From assembly GCA_023213395.1 (NCBI GenBank), contig CM041465.1:250363741-250427740 (forward strand): a DNA stretch of 64,000 nt, given 5' to 3'. The notes beneath the pieces are model-generated. The model was given only the letters and a program-made list of their open reading frames with translations. It made no database searches and was not told where the DNA came from. This document shows positions 14,728 to 34,939 of the stretch, one piece after another. This DNA is from Cycas panzhihuaensis. Its lineage: Eukaryota > Plantae > Cycadophyta. Each line of letters opens with the position of its first letter. The first letter of the stretch is position 1. The translations under genes and the position numbers were made by a program.

Positions 14728-15352
14728 GGGTGGTAATTCCTTTAACAATATATGTGTGTGAAGAAAATAAAGTATCTCAGAGTGAAAAATAAAACCAAAC
14801 TTTTTAGAACACCTTTTTATTATAAACTTCTATCTTTTTATTCCAAAAGTTAGTAAATTTGAAAAATGAACTTTTTTATAAACCAAAAGTATCAGATTTA
14901 TGTCCTTTAGCTATCCAAAAATCCTAATTACCATCCTCTAAAATTAGGAACCTAACTTAAAGCAAAAAGGGCCCCAAATCTAAATCTTTCTATATTTATC
15001 TAAATCTTTCTTCAAATTGCATAAAAATTAATCTATGGGTTGTTAAACATGTTACAAGCCCTATAAAAACATTAGTAAACTAGAATCAATCCTTTAGCTA
15101 AGAAAAATAATACCCTCAAAATATTACAAAAGGGATAAATAATCATAAATTTTAGTTTTAGGGCACTAGATGACCCTGAATGGCCTTTAAAATTTTGAAA
15201 ATAATGCCATAATTGATAAATGGATTACCATGATGTGTATTTTATAGATCTATGTTTGAAAAAAAAATGGCCAAAATAAACACCCAAATCAAAAGTTATG
15301 ACCTTAATAAGTTGATCCTTCAAATTTGGAATTTATAGATGTTCTCATATCG
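14728..15352 (-). repeat. C 3' LTR
   Basis: Colinear with 45317-45898. The left end is approximate. Confidence 0.85.
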
Positions 15353-15371
15353 TCCTCCTATACTTGAAAAG

Positions 15372-20811
<5,440 letters not shown>

Positions 20812-23563
20812 AAAAGAACGAAGCTCGTATAAGTTAGTATATTGGAACTCCTACCACTTGTCCATGATAGGTTTCTTTAATTTACTTTCAGAAATCCAAG
20901 TATTGTTCTTCTATTATAACCCTTTCTATTAGACTAAATACCTGTTATAATTACCCTACCTTGTGTGAACTATTTTCTTATTTAGTACTTATTTAATCTC
21001 TTCATTCTTCTTACTTAGCATTTTCTTTCTCCCATTCACCTCCTCTGCCTCAACTTCTACTTCATCATCTCTTTCATAGAAAGTATATAAATTAGAAATA
21101 TTAAATATAGTTGAAATATTAGTATTATGTGGTAGATTTACTTCATAAGTATTATCATTAATTTTATTCACAATTCTATAGGGACCTGTCTTCTTATGTT
21201 TTAGCTTGTTATATGTACCTTGAGGAAATTTGCCTTTCCTCAAATACATCAACACCATATCCCCTTATGCAAATACCTTATTTCTCCTATTTAGATTTAT
21301 TATTGCCTTATATTTATCATTATTATCCTATAATTTTATTCTCATTTCATCATACACCTACCACATGTGTTCTATAAACCTTTATATATTATCACTTATC
21401 ATATTACTAATAGATAATTGGGCCAAATCTAATACCCCCTTAGGATTCTTGCCATACATAATTTAAAATGGCAATTTAGTTGTAGATCTCTTTACAAAGT
21501 TATTATAGGGAAATTCAACCTATGCCAATGTTAAGTCCTATTACTTGGATTTCTCTCCAATAATACATCTTAATAGGTTTTATAAATTCCTATTTACCAT
21601 GTATATTTACCCATTAGTTTGTGAATAGTATGTACTACTGAATTATAGCTTTGTCCCTAGTTTCTTCCATAATATTTTTTAGAAGTGATTTAGAAATTTG
21701 GTATATTTATCTAAAGTGATAGTCTTTGATACTCCAAGCAACCTAACAACCTCCTTAAAAAATAAATTTACTATCTCTTTTGCATGACTAGTCTTTCTAG
21801 ATATAATAAAATAAGCCATTTTCTAAAAACTTATCTACAATAATAAGTATAGAAACATAACCTCATTGGGTGTTTGGCAATCCTAATACAAAATCTATGC
21901 TTAAGTATGTCCATAGTCCCTCTAGCACTAATAATGGCATATATAGTCCAATGTTCTATGTATGCCCTTTAGCCACTTGATTAATCCTATACCTTACCAC
22001 ATATTTTAGAACATATCACTTCATCTTTAGCCAATAGTATTTTTAGTCTATTAAAGATATGGTGTTGTTCCTATCAAAGTGCCATCTAAGTTCTTTACTA
22101 TGCAATTTCTTCATAATGTTATCCCTCATAGACCCAACCAGAATACATAATTATTTTCCTTTAAACACATATACATCCTACATAAAATAGTCATCATATT
22201 CAAACCCATTCTTATTAAGTAGGGGATTCTTGCAATGTTTAACAATTTGGCTAAAGTTTGGATTAGTATCATATAAATTCTTTAAAGTATCAAATACAAC
22301 CACTTTAGTTACTATAGTGGTTAACAATGCTACCTTTCTACTCAATACATTAATAACTTAATTTTGTTTTCCTAATTTATGATTTAGGATAAAAGTAACT
22401 CCATATAGGTATTACACCAACTTTGTATGCTTAAAATTTAACTTTTTTTATTTGTTTATATACCTTAATGAATGATAGTCTGTAAACAAGATAAACTCCT
22501 TAGGCATAAGATAATGTTGACAATGCCTTAGTGCTTATACAATGGCATAAAATTCTATGTCATAGGTAGAATATTTTATCCTTATCCCATTTAGCTTCTC
22601 ATTGTAATATATTATTAGCCTTTCTTCTTGACTTAATATGACTCAAATAGCTACATATAAAGAATCATAATCAACCTTAAATACATTTCTAAAATCTGGT
22701 AATATTAATAAAGGTGCCTCTTTCACCTTTTTCTTCATTAATTTGAAGCTCTACTATATTGCCTTATTTTAGACAAACTCATTTTCCTTAGTATAATCTA
22801 TCAAATGAGCAATGATACTACTAAATTTTCTAATGAACTTCCTATAAAATATGGCTAAGCCATGGAATATCCTCACCTTTATCACATTCTTAAGTGTGGA
22901 TCATTCAATAATGACTTTAATTTTTTTGTTATCCATATGTAGCCCATCCTGAGATATTACAAATCCTAAAAATACTAGACTACTATGCATAAACATACAT
23001 TTGTTCAAGTTGACATATAACTTCTTTGCCTTTAACACATCTCTAATACCATTCTTAGGTACAATAAATTCTCCTTTTTAATTTTATTGTATATCAAAAT
23101 ATCATCAAAATAGCCAACTATAAACTTACCAATATATAGTCACAAAATGGTATTCTTTAGCATCATGAATGTACACAAGGCATTTGACATCTCAAATGGC
23201 ATAACTAGCCACTCATACAACCCATCTCTCATTTTGAAGATTGTCTTCTATTTGTCCCCTTCCTAAATCTGAATACGATAATAATCGCTTTTTAGGTCTA
23301 TTTTAATAAAGTAGGATGCAATTATTAAAACATCTAAGATGTCATCCATTTGAGGGATTGATCACTTGTACTTAATTATGATTTTATTGATTACCCTATA
23401 ATTAATACATATACTCTAAGAGCCATATTTCTTTGGAGTCAAAAGTACAATAGTTACACATGGGTTTATACTCTCGCTTATCATCTTTTTATTTATTAAT
23501 TCATTAGCATGCTAGGTTAATCCTTTATTTTTATTAGGGCTTAGTCTATATATGGCTTAATTT

Positions 23564-23723
23564 TGTGGGAATCCCATAGGGATTCACACCTTAATTATTG
23601 TTAAATCTTTATATGATAGACTTACTTGAAGGCTAATTTAAGCAGTTTATCCAAAGAAAAAAAAAATTATACCAAAAATATTACTATATAGCTTATAAAA
23701 TAAATTAGAATATCAAGTAAAAT

Positions 23724-23767
<44 letters not shown>

Positions 23768-24103
23768 AAAGCGTTATAGAAGGTAAACATTTAAATTTAG
23801 CTCCCTCTTCGAGGCAAGGTGGCCTCTAAACTACTACCCTTAAGGCTGAAAATATGACTGATCCTAATTCCTCAAGATACCCTGAAATAAGGCCAAATAG
23901 ACTTATAAATAAGCAAGGAGAAAGGTACCAATGTTTTCAACTAAGAGGGAAAGAAGAAGTTGGCCAAAATAAAGAAAAGAGTTCAACTAGAACACTCTTA
24001 AAAGTCAACTAAAAAGAAACATAAATACTATTAGTTTCAAGTTAGTTAGACTAAGACAACATATATAATATAAATTAGCCATACTATAAAAATGAATGCT
24101 ACA
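23564..24103 (-). repeat. D 3' LTR (contains a (TG)n at ~23727-23766 that the 5' LTR lacks)
   Basis: Colinear with 43083-43593. Confidence 0.92.
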
Positions 24104-24796
24104 AATTCCTCCCCTTGAAAACATACTTTACCTTAAAAGCATGGATAAATTAGGGTGTTAAAAGTACTAGTCTTTCAATTCCCAAATTGTATCTTCCTGA
24201 TTCAATATCTTCCACTTAATAAGATATTCTTAGATTTGTCTAGAGCATAGTCTTTTTATATAAATCTATAGAATTCCCTTTGGTTTAGTAATGATCTTTC
24301 CTTCACTATCAAGTACAAGCAATTTTTTTGAAGGGGTGATATTTTATCCAATGTTTTATTTGAGATAAGATACATAAATGATATTATAGATTTGACTATT
24401 TAGGGGCAGGTCCAATCTACATGCTACTTACCCCACCTTATTGATAACTTAATATGGGCTAAAGAATAGTGGTTGTAAATTATGTTTTCTTGATTTCTTA
24501 ATTGAGTATTATTTATATGGTTAGAGTCTTAAGAAGAGCCAGTTTCCTATCATAAAGGTTCTTTCCATTTTATGCAAATATACTTATTATTTCATTTGAT
24601 TCTTAACTAGGTCGAGGTTGTCCTTTAGTAGTTACATTGTTTGCTCTATTTACTCCTACTATTCTTGAACTAATTGTATTAAGGAGATCTTTAACTATAT
24701 AAGGATAGATGTGTTAGACTATAGCTGGTTCACTTGTCGAGGAGTTCTCTTCCCAAATTACCCATGGAATTTTGGTGTAACAATAAGTCAAAAGTG

Positions 24797-27700
24797 GTAA
24801 GGAAGGAAGGATCTAGGGAATAAATCACTCACATGCACACAATAGCAATGGAGAATAAAGAAGAGATGAAAACAGGATATAAGAGCAAAGCTTAGAGGTA
24901 AGAATAAATAATGACTCTCTCCTTAATATTTTACCTTTTATTATTGAAAGTGACCATTAGGATTAAGATTTTTCTGCCTAATAGCATGAACTTGAAATTG
25001 CATTTAAATACACATAAAACATATTTCACTAAGAGACTAATGCTAACAATATATTTTAAGGTCACTTAATTAATCTACACAAATGACCTTAATACATTAA
25101 CCTCTTTCAATCCCCCCCTTAATAGTGGAAGGCCATTTTAAGAAAATTTATTCTATGGGGTCTCCATTTAAGTCTCATTATTACATTAAAATTGTAAATA
25201 ACATTTTTATGGAAAAACCCTCGTGGAGAATAAAAACCCACAAACTTTCTAAGATCTATAGCCCCTTTTATAAATCAAAATGGTTAAGATGGCTTTTGAT
25301 GTAACTTGATAGCTAAGCAAGTTAAATGTGCAGCTTGATCTATTGAGTCTCTATATACCGTCTGGTCATCCCCTATGCCCTTTCAGGTTTTCACAGGTTC
25401 TGATTTTCTAAAATTAGTATAACCCTTATCCTCCTATGCCCACATGGAATTTTCACAAATAAAATAGAGTAGATATTTACTCTTATTTTTTTGTGTCCAC
25501 AAAAGGTTTTCATGAATAGAATAGAGTATGATGATTATGTCGCCATCTTCTTTAATCAGTCAAAGATGGAGGCCCTAAGTCCAAGCTACCTTTGGAACTA
25601 TTTAAACTTCACCATTTGTAGTGGTTTAGTTAATATATTGACCACTTGATTTATGATGGAGTAGTATTCTAATTAAATTATGCCATCATGAACTAGTTCT
25701 CTAATCTTGTAGACTTTCATACTTATGTATTTGGTACAATCATGAAATAAAATATTTTTTGCCATATAGATTACTGATTAATTATCCATATGAAGGTTGG
25801 TAGGGCTTGTTTATGTGATATTCAATATTTCTAATATTTTTCTAAGTCATATTACCTCCTTGTTGGTTTTAGAAGTAACAATATATTCAGCTTTAGTAGT
25901 TGAATCAACAACTATTTTTTGTCATCTAGATCTCCATGATATTGGTGTTGTTCTAAGAAATATTACATACCCAAATATAGATCTTCATGTATCTTTATCT
26001 CCTACAAAGTCTAAGTCTATGTATACATAAAGCTTAAATTCATTATTAATTTCATATAACAGACCAAATTTGTTGATTGTCTTTAGGTATTTTAACACTT
26101 AAACTACAACTTGTTAGTGATTTTACTTAGGATTTGTCATGAATCGTGCAAGAATATCGATAGAATATGCAATATCTGGCCTTGTATTGGTAGTGTAGAT
26201 GAGACTACCTACAAGTTTCTTATAAAATGTTGCATCTACCTCCCTAGTATCACCATTAGCTAAGAGTTTAATATTAAGGTCTATAGGTAAATACATTGGT
26301 CAAGCATCTTCTAACTAAAACTTGGTTAGAAAATCGTTGATGTATTTTTCTTAGGAGAGGAAAATGTTTTCATTCTTTTATGTTACTTTAATTCTTAAGT
26401 AATATTTCATCAAACTGAGATCAAGCAATTTGAATATTTTGCTAAGGTCATTTTTTAACTGGCTTATTACCTGTTCATTATTACCCGTTACTAGCGTGTC
26501 ATCCATAAAGATTATGAGATAAGTGACTTTGCCTTTTTGGTGCTTGATGAACAATATTACATCAATATTTTGGTAGTCATAAACCTCATATCTAAGTTAC
26601 CTCATTCTTTTAGATAACTTTACAAACCAAGCATAAGGGGGCTTGTTTAAGTCCGTACAAGGACTTTCTAAGCCTACAAACCTTATGCTCTTAATATTTG
26701 ATCTCATATCCTTCTAGTTGAGCCATATAAATTTCTTCTTCAAGATTCCCATTAAGAAATGTAATCTTAATATCGAGATGGTAGGTTTGTTAACCCTATT
26801 GAGTAGCCAAAGCCATAAGAGTTCTAATTATAGGCCACTTAGTTGTAGGTGCAAAGACTTCAGTATAGTCAATGCCTTTCCTTTGTGTGAATCCTTTAGC
26901 TACTAACCTCACCTTGTATATTTCTAAGGTGCCATATGATCTGTATTTATATTTGAATACCTATTTATTTTGAACTACCTTTCTACCAAGTGGTAGATCA
27001 ACGAGCTCCCATGTACCATTTTTTATGAGAGATTGGTATTCTTTGTTCAATGTATTTTTCTAAACTATATGTTTCATAACTTCTTGGTACGAGAGAGACT
27101 CTTCATTAAGAGTAAGATGCAATTATGATGATTTATACTCAGTATATAATAATTCCTACATCCTTTCTTTATGGGCACTTTAAGTGCCAATTTTCCCACC
27201 TCATCAGATTGTATATCTTTATTTAGTTAGTAGTCTTCACGAGAACCTCGAGTTGGGAATAAGGCCATCATTTTCTCAACTTCTTGGTCTCATCTTATTC
27301 ATTAAAATGATTATTTTGTGAGGAGGATGTTGATGTGCATGGAGAAGTTGGTTCTTCTACCACTATTTTACCTTTGTTAACTGAAGGTGGAGAGGATGAT
27401 TCTTCTATAATAGCTCTACCTTTGTCAACTCTACTATCTCCAAAGGATGGTGTTGGATATGCACTAATTAGTTCATAGTCACAACTTATATCCTCTAAGG
27501 CTCTATTATCATGTTCTAATATTTAGAGTAATTTATATGTATCCCCCCCACCTTCCCTCTCCTCCTACCCCCCAAATTTTAAAATATGAACATCATACTT
27601 GATAACATCATTATAGTGGTGTGAAGGAATTTTAGAGTCTAGTCTAAGCAACTGATCCTCTGTCTCTATAAAAATAATATCTTTACTAATGATGATTTTT

Positions 27701-30700
27701 CGTTGTGAAGGTATAAAGATCTTATACCTTTTCTTGTCCATATGGTATCCGACAAAGATGTCTTTAAGTACCCTTGGTTGGAGTTTATTTTGATCTATAT
27801 CGAGAATATGGGCATAGCATGTAGAGCCAAAAATTTTGAAGTAATAAATAATGGGGGCTTGTCCTAACCATTTTTTATTAGGTGATTGGCCTTCCTTTAA
27901 TGGGCTAATAACATTGATACAATAAACCTTTGTTTAGATAGCTTTGACTCATAGGTAGGTAGGTACACTTTTGTATACCAACATAGCTTGTGCCATGTTT
28001 ATGATTATCCTATTCATACACTTGATAACTCCATTTTATTATGGGGTACTTGCTACTATTGTTTAATATTTGATGCCATTCTCTTGAAGGTAGCTTTCAA
28101 ACTCATATGAGGTATATTTACCATCATTATTAGTTTGAAGATATTTGAATTAATAACTTGATTCTTTTTTAGTGTGGGCTTTGAATTCTTTAAACACATG
28201 GAAGGCTTCATCTTTCTTATGTAGAAACGCTACCTATACTTTCCTAGTAAAATCATCAATAAAAGATATATAATATAACTTACCCTTTAGTGAAGGAATG
28301 GGCATTAGTCTACATAAATCAGAGTATACCAATTGTAATAGATGGCTCGATTTCTACTGACTTTTGGAAAAGGGTTATCGATGAGATTTGACAATGATAC
28401 AAGCTTCATATTTGAAGGGCTTAGAGGAGAACTTTGGAAGACTTAAAAGAGTATTACAAAGATCTCTAAGTCTATCAATATGAACATGGCCCATACAAGC
28501 ATGCCAAAGAGCTTCTATTGATAACGTTGGATGGGTCAGGATGGAGTTAAATATAAATTTTTCATTAGCATAAGGGCTTTAGGCATAATGGGATTTAAAA
28601 GATAGAGAGCCATTCAATCAAAATAGTTTGCTAATAAGATGTCTAGTCAAGACCACTTAATTAATTGGAGGGTAAATGGCCTAGAGCATCTAGTCATTTG
28701 CAGTTACACTTAGATTAAATCTACAAAATATAAGTGTAGATAATAACGACAAGTTTTGTTTGAGATTAGATGTGTATAAAACATCAAGTAATGTAAAATC
28801 TTTTAAATCTGGGAGTTTTAAGCAAATGTTATCAATTCCTTTAATAGGTTATTGTGATTTGTCATCTATGTAAATAATTCCTTGAATATTTGAGTCAAAT
28901 GTTTGATATAGACTACAATTGTATGTCATATATTAAGTTACTCCTATGTTTATAATCCACTGTCCATCAATTGAAGCAACACTATTTGTAATTCTAATAT
29001 GGCTTGGTATTGGTAAAGGAAATTCATAAGTGATATATCCACATCAAGCTTCAAAGTATCTATGTAGTTAATTAATAGTATTTGATGTTGAAGATCCCTC
29101 AATTCTTTGAAAATATGCTTATACAAAACCCACACCACTAAATAATTCTTCACAAGTTTCTTCAACATTATGAGCTCCATGTTTTGGTTGGAACTTGGCC
29201 AACTTATAAGTGGAAGTTCTACAATATTTTATAAAGTGTCCTTTATAGTTACACTGATCATACATAATAGTTTGATTTCCAGTACCTAAAGAGGTACTGG
29301 TTTGGCTTAACTATATTGGCTTTTGTTGAGGTAGCCCTTGGCCTTGAGACTATTAAGCCTTGAGATTGTTGAGGTTGTGACTAAGGGTTTGATTAACCTT
29401 GTGGATGATTTCTTATATTTCTTCCTCTTCCTCTTACTCAGTTATTTTCTCTGCTATAAGAGAGACCTCAATTCTTTACGTAGTAAGCTTCTTTTTCCAT
29501 CTCAAAGGTTGCATCTAGAAGAGAGTCAGAGGCTATAAAGTTAGTATCAAAGGTCTTGTCAAATTCTATGAACTTCTTAGAAAATATTTTGAAGTTGAGT
29601 GTCTTCAATGTTCCACTAGATTGAAGACTTTAAAGTAAGTTTTTATAATTAGGGACATGTGGATGTGATTAGATCAAGAATGCCCAAGTGATACATTGGG
29701 TTTTAAAATCTTTATTAATTACATATTTTATTAGTAAAAAAAAAATTATTATCTCATAAACTTGTCCCTTCTACATTTTTAATTTGTTTATTTTCAAAAT
29801 AAGATGAACAAATTCTAAGTCTGACTTGGTATCAAAGTTCTTCTTGAGAACTTCAAGGACCTTTCAGGCTATATCATGTTGTTTTTCATCAATTAAGTTA
29901 TATAAGGAGTGATTAGTTACCAATAGAATTCTTGTACGAATCTTTTCATTATCTATCTCCCATTGTAATTTAGCTACAACATCATAGGAGTTGGAGTAGT
30001 TTCACTCAGAGTAGGCATTGTAGCTATTGTAGGTATGATGGGTATAGGTTGTAAGTGGGCTTTTTAAAGACCTTCATACTTTGCAATATTTTTAACTCTA
30101 GTGTACCACAAATTCTAATTTTCTTTGCCTTTCAATATACAGTTAGTGTTTTACTTAAATTGAGATGACATGGTGATGATGAAGAAGTAGAAGAGATGAT
30201 AGAAGTATATGCCACTGGCACATGTGGCTAGTACACCTAATATAGTAGGGATATAGAAATAAATATTTTAATAAGGAGGAAAGCAATGATTAAGTATTTT
30301 TTAACAACTATGAAGAGCAAGCATAAACTATGATGTAAGAATAAGGCCTAATGTAGAGCTAACAAAGAGTGGTAATGTGTTATGCCTCTAACCTCTAACT
30401 TATGTCTAAATGTAGGTGAGATTTTGATGCTTAAGGCTTCTAGTATATAATTAGGGCCTTCACCCACGATACTTGCACCTACGCTTGGTGATAAAATCCA
30501 AGTTATAGCAGAGCCCAAGTACTCATAATCCTTATCTAGTTTATTAGCGAGCAATTATATACCTCCTCTAAAGAGTCAAAGGTACGTGCGTATCCCACAA
30601 CTATGATGGATATTAAACTGAGTTGATTTTAATCTTGTATTAAGGTTTTAATTGTCCTGGTTAGTTATCAGGATAATTCCTAAAGGGAGCTCACAAATAT

Positions 30701-32413
30701 GGCTAATCTATTGCTCCTCTAATATTCTAATTAAGACTAGACCCAGTATGAAACCCACACCTCCCTTAGGCCCTAGACTTTAACCAACTGTGGTTTATTT
30801 CAACTAAGGTGAGTGTGCACACAAGTTAATAGCTAATAGTATAAATAATATATAATGGGTTTATTTTAAGGAATATACAAATATGTTTGCATTTATGTTT
30901 CCAAAATAGATTACTAATGTGTTTATACTTGCTTTTATAGTTTTGTCTATCAATATACATGTACATGAATAAATATAGAAATATGCTAAGTATAAATACC
31001 AGATTTTGCTACAATTCAAGTGTTTTACTATTATAATTTTTTTTTTTTGTGCTTTTTCTATTTAAAAACCTTTTTTTTTTTGGTTAAAAAAAAGGAAAAA
31101 GTGAAAAAGTGAAAAACTTACTTCTAAACTTAAATTTTGACCAAGAGAGAAAATATTAGGAAAAGCAAGAGGAATCTGAATCTTCTATCAGAAACTTCTA
31201 TATGGCCATACAACCATACGAAATAGATATAATATTTTAGCTAAAAACTTCACTCTTCTAAATGATAGATCTCACTATGGTGAGTCAAAAAATCTTCTAG
31301 CAATACTTCTGAAAATGAATAGAAATAGCCTAAAGCTCATAGAAACTCTTATGAGACTTTCCCTAGCAGAAATTTAAAATTTGAAGAAGTCTCTCTCTAT
31401 GGTATATCAAATTTGATAAAACTTAATTTGTGAGATTTCTTAAGGCTAGATTTACTAAAGCCCTTAAGAAATTTTGATATATATTAAAAATTTTGAGAAA
31501 ATTTCTTTAAAAAGTAGTCAGATTATGATTGATTAAACTACTACTTTTTTAGGTTGATCAAGGCAAAATTCAAAGATGGTGTAGAAGATAAAAATATTTT
31601 CTTACTTAGGCATCTATCCTTGTAAATTTTTAGCCAAAATGGATAACTTTTGATTTTCACCTCTTGTACGGCTAAATAATCTTTTTTCGAATGGTTTAGG
31701 TTTATTTCTACCACCTATAAGTAGCTAAAATTTTACTCTATAACTTGACAGTATATATTTTATAACTAACGATTAATTTATGATAAAAAATTAATAGAAT
31801 CTGTTTTAGTAAAATTTAAAATTAGCTACAAAGATTGATAAAAAGTTAATTTTTTTTTGGAGCCTCAAGCTAGGAAACCTTCTTGCTAACAACTTTGATC
31901 CTCAATATGCCTACAAATAAATAGAGGATATTGAAATATATTGTAAATTAAATATAAGATTTACATGATAAAAAGTCTCTCAAAATTTAAAAAATAATGA
32001 GTGCACTCTCAATACTTCACATTGAATGTGAAGGAGAGGTAAAATGACTCCATGCAAGTGGAATGCAGTGAATAGATCCCCTTCTAGCTTTGATACCATA
32101 TGAAGAAAGGAAGGATATAGGGAATAAATCACTCACATATATACAATGGCAATGGAGAATGAAGAAGAGATGAAAATAAGATATGAGAGCAACACTTGGA
32201 GGTGAGAGTGAATAATGCCTCCCTCCTTAGGATTTCGTCTTTTATTATTGAGGGTGGTTATTAGAGTTAGGATTTTTCTACCTAATGACATGAACCTGAA
32301 ATTACATCTAAATGCACATAAAGTACATTTCACTAAGGGACTAATGCTAATAGTATATCTTAAGTTCATTTAATTAATCTACATAAATAACCTTGATAAA
32401 GTAACCTCTTTCA
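24797..32413 (-). mobile_element. Element G: full-length degenerate Ty1/Copia with a long (~1.9 kb) 5' leader
   Basis: 313-bp LTRs at 24797-25109 and 32101-32413. PBS rc tggtatcaaagc 32087-32098. PPT rc ttaaggggggg ~25112-25122. Intact Zn knuckle CDQCNYKGHFIKYC ~29218-29262, INT YLQTNNDGKYTSYEF ~28100-28145, RT IIFMDDTLVTG ~26483-26515, RNase H 25570-26030. Degenerate TSD aagtg/agatg. Confidence 0.94.
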
Positions 32414-34939
32414 AGATGGTGGTTCAAATTTGTATAGGGCTTAAAAAAGTGTCATTTTTATAAAAGTATGATACATGGTATTATACCACCATTCAATGAG
32501 GTGGAGTTATTTGTACTATTATTGTTGTTTATTTGATATAAAATTTTAAAGATACACTTTTAGGTATTTATTTATGACTTTAGCTTATTTATTAGTTTAG
32601 GGATAGTAGGCCATACACATAGATAATTTTGTGCCTACTAGTTTGAATAACTCATCCTAAAAGTAGCTAGTAAACTTTGGATCACGATCATTAACTATAA
32701 CTTTTAAAAATATATATAGGTAATGTATCCCCTTCATGTGAATCTCAATAATTTGATCGGTTTTTATTGTTGCCTCTATCTCCCTAAAATGAGTATATTT
32801 TATTAATTAGTCAATGATAATAAAGATGGCATTCTTACCTTTTGACTTTGGTAATCCCATTATAAAATCTATCAAGACTTCATCCCATTTTTATTCGGGT
32901 ATATATAGAGGTTGGAGAAAGCCATGACTCTTTATATTTTTACTTTTGTTCCTTTGGCAAGTATCACATTAAAAAATAAGCTTATGTACATTTGCTTTTA
33001 TCTACTTCTGAAAAATGATCTTTCATAATTTGTGATATACTTTATTGATCCCTATGTACTTAGCTATTGGGATGGAATATGCCTCATCTAATAATTTTAT
33101 CCTTGGGACTGATGATGTTGGTATAAATATTTTTCCTTTTCATATAATCAACTCTCATTGGAGCTCATACTTTTTTATCTCTCTGGCCTTAATCTCCTTT
33201 AATACTTTTTAAGAGATTGGATCATTTTAATACTCCTAAGTTAGTTATTCTACCTAATTAGGAGTAGCTATGGAGATTGCTTGCATAGACACATCCTCAT
33301 TTATAGCATCAGGTATCTAAGATAAAGTGTTAATAATGACATTCTTTTTACCTTTTTCTTTTTTAATGTGATTGTAAAATCAAAGGTTTGGAGCTTAATG
33401 ACCTATTTTTATTGCTAATTAGATAGTGTCTTTTGACTTAGGAAGTACTTGAGACTATTGTGGTTTATTTCAATAATGAGTTTATTTCCATGTAGGTATT
33501 ATCATAATCAGTGTAAGGTATGCATAATGGCCAATATTTCTTTGTCATAAATTGGTTTGATTCACTCTCATGTATTTAATTTATGGCTCTCAAATGATAA
33601 TAGTCCATTCATTTTGGAGCAATATGACCTCTTCACCTACTTCAAAGGTGTCATAGTCTAATGTGAATGGCTGGAAAAAATATTCAGTCACAAGGACTAA
33701 TGCTATGGTCATGGTAGCCTTTAGTCCTTAAAATACATCTTCAACTAGTTGGCTCTAAGAAAAAGCTTTTTTTTTCATAAGATCAGTAAAAGGTGCAGTG
33801 ATATATATGTATCCTCTAATAAATCATCAAAGGAATCCAATAGCTCCTAAAAAACCTTAAACTCTCGTCACATTTTTTGGGTGTAGGCCAATCTAAGATT
33901 GCTTAAACTTTCTTAGGGTCTATATTAACTCCATCTTCCGTAATTATATGCCCCAAATACTCCAACTCTATTTGACCAAAAGTACACTTACTCCTTTTGG
34001 AAAAACATTGGTTGACTTCTAAGAGTTATAGCATGGCCTTAGTATGATCTAAGTGTTTTTTCCATGTGGAGCTATGAATCAAAATATTATCAAAGAAAAC
34101 TAACACAAATTTATGTAGGAAGGGTTTGAGTACCTTGTTCATTACAGTCTAGATAGTTGCTAGAGTGTTTATTAGCCTGAAAGGCATAACTCAAAACTTA
34201 AGTAATCCTTCATATGTACAGAATGTTATTTCATATGTATCTTCTTCTTTTATATAAATTTGGTAGTGACTTAAGCATAGATTGGTCTTAGAAGAATTAT
34301 TTTGCTTAATGTATTTCATCGAACAGGTCATTTATCTGAGGAATGGAGTAGTGATTTTTTATTATGAGCTTATTGAGCCCATGATAATCTACATATATGA
34401 TGTAAACAAGCTAATACTAGGGGTGATGTAACCTTGGTGTAAGAGGTCTTGGGATGCCTTTTTTTTTTTCTTGTAATTATAGGGGTATCAGTATGAATAG
34501 ATGTTTATCAATGCTATTTCTTATATCAATTTAATGGAGTGTTTGCACTCACAGCTTAGTGGTAAACCTTGAGGGGGTTCTTCAAAGACTTTATTATATT
34601 GATTTATGATGGATTATACTTCTAGTGGAATGTCCTCAATTGTGACTTTGTAGCATGTTATTATGTATAAGGTAGGGCTTTTCTTTAGTAATTTCTCCAT
34701 GTAATACGATGCCACCAATTGGGTGGGTGATGTGAAGGGTGCTTGTAGCTTGTATTTATGTCCCTTTTAATAGAAGCTCATGAATTAAGTCTTATATTTG
34801 GTTATAATATTTCTTAGGTTCTATAACCATTGGGTTTCTAAGACAACATCAACTCCTCCTATTGGCACGGTGAACATGTGTGTAGTCATGGAGTAATCTG
34901 CAATTTGGAGATTCACCTTTGGGTGATAACCTCCACATG

